Sequence record: NC_019521.1
Length of the DNA stretch: 64,000 nt
Strand: one strand, 5' to 3'
Of the stretch, positions 55,107 to 62,504 are shown piece by piece. Position 1 is the first letter of the stretch; each line of letters begins with the position of its first letter. Made by a program: the position numbers and the translations under genes. The notes beneath the pieces are model-generated. The model was not told where the DNA came from, made no database searches, and saw only the letters and a list, made by a program, of their open reading frames with translations.

Positions 55107-55646
55107 ATGAAACGTTTAAAAAATCTTAACATTATTGTAGCACAGACTAAGAATAATGTAATCGGAATTGGTAATAACTTACCATGGGCTATGGGTACTC
55201 AACGTATCGATATGAAAAATTTCAAACTTAGAACAACTGGAAACATTGTAATAATGGGTTACAAGACTTGGATGTCAATGGGTTCAAAACCTCTACCAAA
55301 TCGTATGAACATAGTTCTAACTTCTAAAAATATAGAAGACCAACCTGGAGTTTTCTTCGAGAATCCTAGCTGTTTAGATACATTCTTAGAGGATTTATGT
55401 CATGTAAATTCAGAATCTCAGATATTCATCATAGGTGGTGCTAATCTTATCAAACAAGTCAATCATTTAGTTACTAACGTTTATCTGACAATCATTGATA
55501 CTGAAGTCGAAGAATCGGAAGAAAACGTTATACTGAATACTTACGAGGATTTAGGTCTAATAGAATCAAAAGAAGTTCATACTTCAGAATATCCTTCTGA
55601 TGAACATAATCATTTTAAATCTACTTTCCACACTTTCACTTTCTAG
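55107..55646 (+). CDS. frd: Dihydrofolate reductase
   Basis: VIGIGNNLPW, DMKNFK..T, VIMGYKTW, KPLPNRMNIVLT, IFIIGG. Confidence 0.95.
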   Translation: MKRLKNLNIIVAQTKNNVIGIGNNLPWAMGTQRIDMKNFKLRTTGNIVIMGYKTWMSMGSKPLPNRMNIVLTSKNIEDQPGVFFENPSCLDTFLEDLCHVNSESQIFIIGGANLIKQVNHLVTNVYLTIIDTEVEESEENVILNTYEDLGLIESKEVHTSEYPSDEHNHFKSTFHTFTF

Positions 55647-55649
55647 AAC

Positions 55650-55898
55650 ATGAGACCACAATTAGAAATCGATGAATTAATAGAACAGTTAAAAGACTTA
55701 ACTGTAAGACGTTCTGATCAAGAAGAAATAGATGCTATTCTTAACGTTCTTGAAAATGATTTAAGTTATGACGAAATCGAAAGTTTATATTTCGATGAAA
55801 ATGTAACAGATGTTGAACAACAGGCTAATAAAGCTCGTGAGTTTATGGATGGAGGTCTTGAAGCTGATGAAATCATGAATTATTATATCGGATATTAA
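55650..55898 (+). CDS. Hypothetical acidic protein
   Basis: 82-aa ORF. Confidence 0.55.
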   Translation: MRPQLEIDELIEQLKDLTVRRSDQEEIDAILNVLENDLSYDEIESLYFDENVTDVEQQANKAREFMDGGLEADEIMNYYIGY

Positions 55899-55899
55899 T

Positions 55900-56154
55900 A
55901 TGCTACATGATGATATTTTCGTTACATGTCTAATAATTTTCACTTCGATTTTATCGACTGTAATGATAATCAATACTTTCAAAGCTAAACGTAAACCTGA
56001 AAAGACTTTAAAGGAAGAATCTGAAGATTTAGTTAAAAGCTACAATAATCTACTAGAACGTGTCGAGGATTTAGAAATTAGAATCAAAGCTCATAACTTA
56101 AAAGTTGGAGCTCTTAAACGTGATCGTGACATATTGTTAAGTAAATACAAGTAA
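55900..56154 (+). CDS. Membrane-anchored coiled-coil protein
   Basis: N-terminal TM helix followed by heptads. Confidence 0.55.
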   Translation: MLHDDIFVTCLIIFTSILSTVMIINTFKAKRKPEKTLKEESEDLVKSYNNLLERVEDLEIRIKAHNLKVGALKRDRDILLSKYK

Positions 56155-56185
56155 CTGAAACTTTCTTTCATTTCGTAGTACTATA
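56151..56185 (+). promoter_or_regulatory. Early/middle promoter, identical to 54734-54768
   Basis: Exact 35-nt repeat. Confidence 0.75.
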
Positions 56186-56210
56186 TACTTAATAAATCAT
56201 ACATTAAACT

Positions 56211-56432
56211 TTGTCAATTATGCTAAACTTCATCAACTCAAAAATAGGTGTTATCTCAATGGTTTTGGGATTCATTTTCGTAGCTTTAGGTGTAAATCGT
56301 GGATTTCTAGATCATGAGGATATTTCTATCATGTACTGGTTAATCGGTTCAATGCTTTCAATTTACGTTCTGATCTGGTTGTTTATATCAGTGATAGTTT
56401 ATGGATTCGTTAAGAAGTTAGGAAGATGGTAG
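56211..56432 (+). CDS. Small two-TM membrane protein
   Basis: Two hydrophobic helices, after promoter 56157. Confidence 0.55.
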   Translation: MSIMLNFINSKIGVISMVLGFIFVALGVNRGFLDHEDISIMYWLIGSMLSIYVLIWLFISVIVYGFVKKLGRW

Positions 56433-56884
56433 GCTATGTATTTTTATTCGGAAGTGTTTTAATTCTTTCATTGTATCTGATATTCAGAAATAATGGTTCT
56501 ATCGAATACGTAAAAATCAATTACGATTATTCAGAATTGATAAAGTTATTGAAAGAAACTTTTAGGATAGATTTCGAATCTGAACATTACTTTATCGAAA
56601 CTAAGATTTACAAGAATACTAACGATTCTGATGTTATCGAAATCAATAAATGTTCTTTACGTAATACATCTTACAAGTACAAACAAATTCTTTTTGATGT
56701 TAAATCAGGTACAGGTAGATACGATGATCTTTCAGCTGACGCAGGTGATTTCGATCCTTCATGTTACATAGTTTTAAGACATGGTAAGATATTCGAATAT
56801 AAAACAGGTTTCCGTAGAAACGATTATCATTTAATGCATGAAAATACTGCTAAAATCATAAAAGATAGATTAGTAAAGAAATAG
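56426..56884 (+). CDS. Membrane-anchored hypothetical protein
   Basis: N-terminal TM helix. Confidence 0.55.
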   Translation: MVGYVFLFGSVLILSLYLIFRNNGSIEYVKINYDYSELIKLLKETFRIDFESEHYFIETKIYKNTNDSDVIEINKCSLRNTSYKYKQILFDVKSGTGRYDDLSADAGDFDPSCYIVLRHGKIFEYKTGFRRNDYHLMHENTAKIIKDRLVKK

Positions 56885-56916
56885 ATTTCCATTTCATATT
56901 TATACTTTAATTTGGT

Positions 56917-56946
56917 AAACCGATTTGAACATGTTCAAATCGGTTT
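56917..56946. terminator. 30-bp perfect palindrome / terminator
   Basis: AAACCGATTTGAACA|TGTTCAAATCGGTTT. Confidence 0.7.
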
Positions 56947-56954
56947 CGTTTTTA

Positions 56955-56962
56955 TATACATA
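56955..56962 (+). promoter_or_regulatory. Late promoter box TATACATA
   Basis: After a palindrome, before 56987. Confidence 0.65.
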
Positions 56963-56986
56963 TTCCTAATAACTTAGGAATTAACT

Positions 56987-58267
56987 ATGAAACAATTTAC
57001 GTTGCAGGAGCAATCAATGCTTGATTTACATAACTTAGGTCATTCGGTTTCAGAAATAGCTGATATCATTTTTGAAACTGACAATAACGAAAAATTCACT
57101 CGAGATCAGTTACGTAGAAAAATTCGAAGAATACTAAAAGTACATAAAACTTCTCTAAACTCCGAAAAAGAAAACTTAAATCGTTTCAAGTCTGAAAATC
57201 CAGACATATACGAAGCGTTACTTGAAGAATGTGAAACTGCCGGACTAGATATAAATCTTGTCAATCATTTCTGGTATAAGTCAGAAAACTTCTCGATTAA
57301 CATGTCATCAGCTAGGAAAACTAATGACGAAATTCTCAAAGACTTTATAAGTTCAGTTTCTAAAATCGTTAAGAACATTAAAGCTGAAGCTGATACTTCA
57401 GTTTGGGATAACGTTTACAAAGCTAAAACTTTTCAGTTAGAATCGTATTCTGATGAGAAATCTGGTAAGTTATTAGTACCTTCGATATTCGATTTACATC
57501 TTGGTAAACTTGCTGATTTCGATGAAACTGGTGAGGAATACAACTACAAAATAGCTATTGAACGTTTCAATAACGCTATTGATGATTTAATACAAAAGAC
57601 TATTTCTTTTAATCCTGAAAGAATACTATTTCCAGTAGGTAACGATTTATTCAATTCTGATAAAGCTTTCCCATATTCTCAAACTACTGCTGGAACCCCA
57701 CAACATGATGATTTACGATGGCAAAAGATGTTTGTTCTAGGAAGACAATTAATATCGAATGCGATAACAAAACTTTCTGTAATAGCACCCGTTGATGTCG
57801 TTACTGTATTTTCTAATCATGATCATGAAAGGGTATTTTATCTAGGTGATGTTTTAGAAGCTGTATTTAGTAATAACGAAAGAGTAACTGTAGATAACTC
57901 TCCAAAGGGTAGAAAATACTATCAATGGGGTAAATGCATGATAGGTTTAGCACATGGTCATAATGAAGCTGTAGATAGACTACCACTTCTAATGGCTCAA
58001 GAACAACCTAAAATGTGGGCTGAGACTTATTATCGTGAGTGGTTATTGGGACATTTACATCATAAGAAAAAGTATATGACGGAACAAACTAAAGATTACA
58101 ATGGTGTAATAGTTACGTTTCTATCATCATTAAGTGCTACTGATGCTTGGCATTATTCTAAAGCATTTTCAGGTTCTATTAAATCAGCTGAAGCTTTCGT
58201 TTACGATAAGATACATGGACATGTTGGTACAGCAGTTCATAGCATTTATAACGAAATGACAGCTTAA
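56987..58267 (+). CDS. Calcineurin-like metallophosphoesterase with N-terminal HTH-like region
   Basis: DLHLG, GNDLFN, SNHD, LAHGH, GHLHH. Late box at 56955. Confidence 0.8.
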   Translation: MKQFTLQEQSMLDLHNLGHSVSEIADIIFETDNNEKFTRDQLRRKIRRILKVHKTSLNSEKENLNRFKSENPDIYEALLEECETAGLDINLVNHFWYKSENFSINMSSARKTNDEILKDFISSVSKIVKNIKAEADTSVWDNVYKAKTFQLESYSDEKSGKLLVPSIFDLHLGKLADFDETGEEYNYKIAIERFNNAIDDLIQKTISFNPERILFPVGNDLFNSDKAFPYSQTTAGTPQHDDLRWQKMFVLGRQLISNAITKLSVIAPVDVVTVFSNHDHERVFYLGDVLEAVFSNNERVTVDNSPKGRKYYQWGKCMIGLAHGHNEAVDRLPLLMAQEQPKMWAETYYREWLLGHLHHKKKYMTEQTKDYNGVIVTFLSSLSATDAWHYSKAFSGSIKSAEAFVYDKIHGHVGTAVHSIYNEMTA

Positions 58268-58268
58268 T

Positions 58269-58276
58269 AATACATA
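58269..58276 (+). promoter_or_regulatory. Late promoter box AATACATA
   Basis: Leader nearly identical to that at 44024. Confidence 0.65.
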
Positions 58277-58294
58277 TTCTTAAATATCTTAAAA

Positions 58295-58537
58295 ATGAAA
58301 ACGTTAACACAATTATACGAAGCTGAAGAAATTCCAGCAAAAAGAAAATTCTTTGTAAGTCAAAGAGGTGTTGCTGACTTTAAGAAAGATTTGAAGATGA
58401 ACGGTATGAAATATGAAGAACTTAAAGGTAACAATTTCATACTTGATAATTCAAATCCTGGTAAGGTAAACATGGCTGTAAAAATGGTAAGGGAACGTGT
58501 AGGTTCTCAAAATATCAAAGAAAAATTCGATTTTTAA
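58295..58537 (+). CDS. Putative capsid-internal protein (leader MKTLTQLYEA)
   Basis: Shared tag, with its own late box at 58269. Confidence 0.65.
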   Translation: MKTLTQLYEAEEIPAKRKFFVSQRGVADFKKDLKMNGMKYEELKGNNFILDNSNPGKVNMAVKMVRERVGSQNIKEKFDF

Positions 58538-58539
58538 TC

Positions 58540-58881
58540 ATGCCAGTCTGGTTAAAGGAACAACCCAATAACTTACAGATACTTCATTCAGAACTATTAG
58601 ACAACTACGTTCAGTCATGGATTGAACGTAGTTTTCAAATCATTCCACCACATTCTATGGATACGAATTACATTACATGGAAATGTTTCGGATGTTCTAA
58701 ACCATTATCTGTAAAATTCGATTCAGTAAATCATAAAGATTTCTGTTGTAAGAATTGTAAACATTTTGCAGTAGGTAAACCTAATGCTATAATGTTACGT
58801 TTTATGTGGTCGTTTAATATGCACATACAATCAAGAATCATAAACAATTCAGCTAATTTGTCTGAATTACTAGAACAATAA
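58540..58881 (+). CDS. Zinc-ribbon protein
   Basis: CFGC...CKNC. Confidence 0.6.
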   Translation: MPVWLKEQPNNLQILHSELLDNYVQSWIERSFQIIPPHSMDTNYITWKCFGCSKPLSVKFDSVNHKDFCCKNCKHFAVGKPNAIMLRFMWSFNMHIQSRIINNSANLSELLEQ

Positions 58882-58883
58882 AA

Positions 58884-59069
58884 ATGAAAACATTAAAGTC
58901 AATGTTCGAGTCAATCATCAAGGATGATATGTCTCCGATATATGATAAAGCTAAAGACAAATCATATAACAAGAAAACAAATGACAATTCTGAAATGTCA
59001 CCAACTTATGACAAAGTTAAAGCTGGTAAGAACAAATCAGACGATTACGAAATGTCACCAACTAAATAA
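58884..59069 (+). CDS. Tagged repeat micro-protein (leader MKTLKSMFES)
   Basis: (D/E)MSP(I/T)(YD)K repeated three times. Confidence 0.55.
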   Translation: MKTLKSMFESIIKDDMSPIYDKAKDKSYNKKTNDNSEMSPTYDKVKAGKNKSDDYEMSPTK

Positions 59070-59073
59070 GAAC

Positions 59074-59112
59074 AAGCCTCATATGAAAACATGTGAGGCT
59101 TTTTAGTATAAT
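59074..59112 (+). promoter_or_regulatory. Hairpin-embedded promoter GAAAAC-N16-TATAAT
   Basis: AAGCCTCATATG/CATGTGAGGCTT arms, then TAGTATAAT. Upstream of the exonuclease. Confidence 0.6.
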
Positions 59113-59147
59113 ATTTCTTTAAAGAATATTCATTAAAACAAAGAAAA

Positions 59148-59828
59148 ATGAAAATCGTATCCTATGACATCGAAACAACGGGTGTCAGTAAACAAAATGA
59201 CAATCAAATTCTAGAACTTGGATTTGTATTGTTCGACACTGATTCTAAAGAAAGACCAACTTTAGAAAACTGTCCAACTTTGAATCTTCGTATCATTCAT
59301 CATTTCATTTCTGGTAACCCATTCGCTTTGAATATGAATAAGCAACTTATCGAAGACTTATCATTCTATTTGAATAATGCTAACAGATTCAAGAAATCAC
59401 CTGAAACGTTTACAGAAGAAGAATACAAAATCATGGATTTGTATGTCGAATTAGAAGGTGTTCATGAAATCGTAGCAACTTGGCTTAAAGCTAATGGAGC
59501 CTATCATGAAGGTGAAAGATCGTTCAATATAGCTGGAAAGAATTTAGCTGGATTCGATATTCCATTCTCTGAAAATACTATTCCTGGATGGAACGATTTT
59601 ATAAGAGCTAAACGTAGGACAATTGATCCAGCTGTTTTCTATGTATTACCTACTGACACTTGTGTACCAAATCTTGAAGAATGTAAGAAACGTTCAGGAT
59701 TATTCGAGGATAATGTAGTTACACATAACGCAGTTGAAGACGCTTTAGATGTTGCTGTATTGGTTCATAATCAATTCAATGTAATGTACGACTTATCAGA
59801 AGGTTCGTATACCACTACAAGAAAATAA
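59148..59828 (+). CDS. DEDDh 3'-5' exonuclease
   Basis: YDIETTG, AGKNLAGFDIPF, HNAVEDA. Confidence 0.9.
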   Translation: MKIVSYDIETTGVSKQNDNQILELGFVLFDTDSKERPTLENCPTLNLRIIHHFISGNPFALNMNKQLIEDLSFYLNNANRFKKSPETFTEEEYKIMDLYVELEGVHEIVATWLKANGAYHEGERSFNIAGKNLAGFDIPFSENTIPGWNDFIRAKRRTIDPAVFYVLPTDTCVPNLEECKKRSGLFEDNVVTHNAVEDALDVAVLVHNQFNVMYDLSEGSYTTTRK

Positions 59829-59834
59829 CAACCT

Positions 59835-59875
59835 ATCATGTTTCGTGAGAGTATACATATCTCATGAAACATGAT
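59835..59875 (+). promoter_or_regulatory. Hairpin sequestering the resolvase ATG, with late box TATACATA (59852-59859) in its loop
   Basis: 16-bp stem 59835-59850/59860-59875 with one G.U pair. ATG 59864 is in the 3' arm. Confidence 0.7.
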
Positions 59876-60559
59876 TTAACCAGACATATTGGAATCATCG
59901 GTATCGATGCTTCTTATAATTCAAGTGGAATTTGTATTCGTTTCTTCGATAAGAACAAGAAAGAACAATTTCACTTATATCGTTTATTTCCCGATTACGA
60001 TAAAAAGAAAAACTCAGTACATATCAAATGTCTGACATATCCTAAAGTATATACAGAAACTAAAGATTTTGAAATCGATGATTTAGGTAAGATCGAAAAC
60101 TGTAAACGTATTACATTAACTATCAAGAATCTAATGGATAGATATGAAAAAGAATTCGATATCAAAGCTTGGGATATTAGATTTGAAGGTAACGTAATGA
60201 ATTCATTCGGTGGTGGTTTACTTAGAATAGTTGATATGGTGAACTTAACTGGTATTCTAAAAGCTAATCTTATCAATAAGAAATCAGTTGGTTCTGTTTA
60301 CGCTATTCTAGAACTTAAGAAATTGTTCTGTGGTCGTGCTAGACCAGCTACAATTAAATGTCCTAAAACTGGAAAACGTAAACCTTCTGAAGATTCTAAA
60401 ATGATGATGATAAATAAGTTCTTAACTATTTATCCAGATTTCGATACTACTGGAAAAATCGATGACGTTATTGACGCTTACGCTTTATCTACAGTACCAT
60501 TGAAACATTCAGAAGATAAACTTAGAAAACTAACCGAATACATTAAATCTTTAGAATGA
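59864..60559 (+). CDS. RuvC-like Holliday junction resolvase
   Basis: IIGIDAS, IRFEG, ELKKLFCG, KIDDVIDAYA. Confidence 0.7.
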   Translation: MKHDLTRHIGIIGIDASYNSSGICIRFFDKNKKEQFHLYRLFPDYDKKKNSVHIKCLTYPKVYTETKDFEIDDLGKIENCKRITLTIKNLMDRYEKEFDIKAWDIRFEGNVMNSFGGGLLRIVDMVNLTGILKANLINKKSVGSVYAILELKKLFCGRARPATIKCPKTGKRKPSEDSKMMMINKFLTIYPDFDTTGKIDDVIDAYALSTVPLKHSEDKLRKLTEYIKSLE

Positions 60560-61482
60560 TGATTAATAGGAGAATAGCAATAGTAGTCCCATTCTGGAAT
60601 CTATCAGAAACGAGGTATAAAGCCTTGCAAATCTGTTGGGCAAACTTAGAGAATCTTAAGAAATCGTTTGACAAATCTAAATTCGATTCAGAACTTGACA
60701 TATTCAATTTTAACTTGTCTTCAACTAAAGAAAATGAAGCCAACGGTCTAAGAATAGATTCAACGATAGATTTAGTAGTTGATAAAGTATCTACCAGTTT
60801 TGATAAATCTATACGAATAAACGAAATGATAATGTATATCAAAAATCTTGGATATGATTTCGTAATGATGATGGATTCTGACATACTGATAGACCGTAAT
60901 TCGTATTCTAAGCTTTTCAAAATATTCAATACTTCAAACGTTAACGAACTTTATAAATTTAACATGGTAAGAACGTCTGAAAAAATTTACAAAGAATTCG
61001 ATAAAAATGGATTATTCTTACATGACTCGTATAAAGATAGTAAAGATATTTGTTTATGTTTAAATTCTGAAAATAAGAAAACTAGATATATAACAGGTAT
61101 TGACGGAGACATTTTTTTCAATATAGATAGATTTATCAAAGCTGGTGGATATAACGAGAATTTTAAGGTATGGGGGTTTGAAGATTGCGAATTTGTAAAA
61201 AGATTTAAATCTGATATCGATAATAAGGTAAGGAATTCGATGATTACTATTGCACATCTTTGGCATGTTACGCATACTTCGACAGCACCAGTCGAAGAAA
61301 ATGAATATGCTAAACTACAGGTAAGGTATTTTAGAAACGTTGAAAAGTTTATGAAAAAGAACAAAGGATCGAAAATCATTTATTCAGCATTTAATTCTGA
61401 TATCGTACCGACTATAGAATTTAAACATTCAATATCAAATTCAAGATACAAAATTTCTTCGTATCTATCATTAAACATCTAA
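60556..61482 (+). CDS. GT-A glycosyltransferase (GT2/GT7-like)
   Basis: IAIVVPFW, DSD motif, FIKAGGYNENFKVWGFEDCEF, HLWH. Confidence 0.85.
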   Translation: MMINRRIAIVVPFWNLSETRYKALQICWANLENLKKSFDKSKFDSELDIFNFNLSSTKENEANGLRIDSTIDLVVDKVSTSFDKSIRINEMIMYIKNLGYDFVMMMDSDILIDRNSYSKLFKIFNTSNVNELYKFNMVRTSEKIYKEFDKNGLFLHDSYKDSKDICLCLNSENKKTRYITGIDGDIFFNIDRFIKAGGYNENFKVWGFEDCEFVKRFKSDIDNKVRNSMITIAHLWHVTHTSTAPVEENEYAKLQVRYFRNVEKFMKKNKGSKIIYSAFNSDIVPTIEFKHSISNSRYKISSYLSLNI

Positions 61483-61499
61483 CAAAGTTTTAGTATAAT
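61472..61499 (+). promoter_or_regulatory. Early/middle promoter TAAACA-N16-TATAAT
   Basis: Upstream of the second glycosyltransferase. Confidence 0.6.
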
Positions 61500-61507
61500 A
61501 TCTTTAT

Positions 61508-62488
61508 ATGAAACTATCAATAGCTCTAACAATTCCATTTTGGAACGTACATAAATCAGAAAAAGAAAGATCAGAAAACATAGGATATTGTATGAAATCC
61601 TTGAACAAATATGCTAAATGGCATAATGAACGTTCTAAGAATACAAAACTAGATATCATACTTTGTAATATGGGTGAGGAAGTTCATCCATTATATCCTG
61701 AAGCTAGATTCTATCAACATACTGGTTTGAAATATCGTTTCGAAAAACCAACTAGAATGAATACATTGTTTCTAGATTTAGATGAATATAAATTCGTTGG
61801 TATGTGCGATCCAGACTTAATAGTTCTTGAAAGCAATTATGAACGTTTATTCGAAACTTTAGAATATGAATTAGATTTAGACGTAATGCTTACATATTCT
61901 TTCGTCAGAACAAAACCAGAGTTACGTGAACTTATATCAACTTCAGATTTTGAAACTCAACATTTAGAAAATCATCCATTAATTTTAGAAGCTAATCGAT
62001 ATTCTGAAGCTTGGGGAATCTGTGGAGGTATATTTTTCATGGGTCGTGAAGCTTTCATAAAAGTTGGAGGATTCAATGAAGAATATCGAGTTTATGGAAT
62101 GGACGATGTTGACTTTACTAATAGATTTCTGTTAAACGATTATATCGTTAAGAAGTTTCCTGAAGTATTGTTTCATCACTTATTTCACCCTAGAACTTTA
62201 GAAAATTCAGATGAAGCTGAATTGGAAAGATATAAACAGGAACTTACTTACTGGTATATCAATAAGAAAAACTTTGAAGAACAAATAGAAATTCCAAAAT
62301 CTGATAGACTTGTAAGAAATCATATTTCTGAAAGATTCTTAGAATTAGCTAAACGTGATGAAAACTTCTTAGAACATGAAGTTAAATTTACTACAGATTT
62401 AACAAAATTCGATCTAACTAGATTCCCAGAAAAATTCCAAAGACAAATAGGAATTCTTAAAGATGATCCAAATAAATTTTACGGATAA
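61508..62488 (+). CDS. GT-A glycosyltransferase (GT2/GT7-like)
   Basis: TIPFW, DPD, GGFNEEYRVYGMDDVDF, HHLFHP. Confidence 0.85.
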   Translation: MKLSIALTIPFWNVHKSEKERSENIGYCMKSLNKYAKWHNERSKNTKLDIILCNMGEEVHPLYPEARFYQHTGLKYRFEKPTRMNTLFLDLDEYKFVGMCDPDLIVLESNYERLFETLEYELDLDVMLTYSFVRTKPELRELISTSDFETQHLENHPLILEANRYSEAWGICGGIFFMGREAFIKVGGFNEEYRVYGMDDVDFTNRFLLNDYIVKKFPEVLFHHLFHPRTLENSDEAELERYKQELTYWYINKKNFEEQIEIPKSDRLVRNHISERFLELAKRDENFLEHEVKFTTDLTKFDLTRFPEKFQRQIGILKDDPNKFYG

Positions 62489-62504
62489 GACCAAAACGAA
62501 ACAT

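Noticed and set aside
28573-56185. CRISPR array or mobile-element ends from the repeated 35-45-nt elements
   Set aside because: Copies are dispersed singly upstream of genes with no spacers or regular period, and are explained as promoters.
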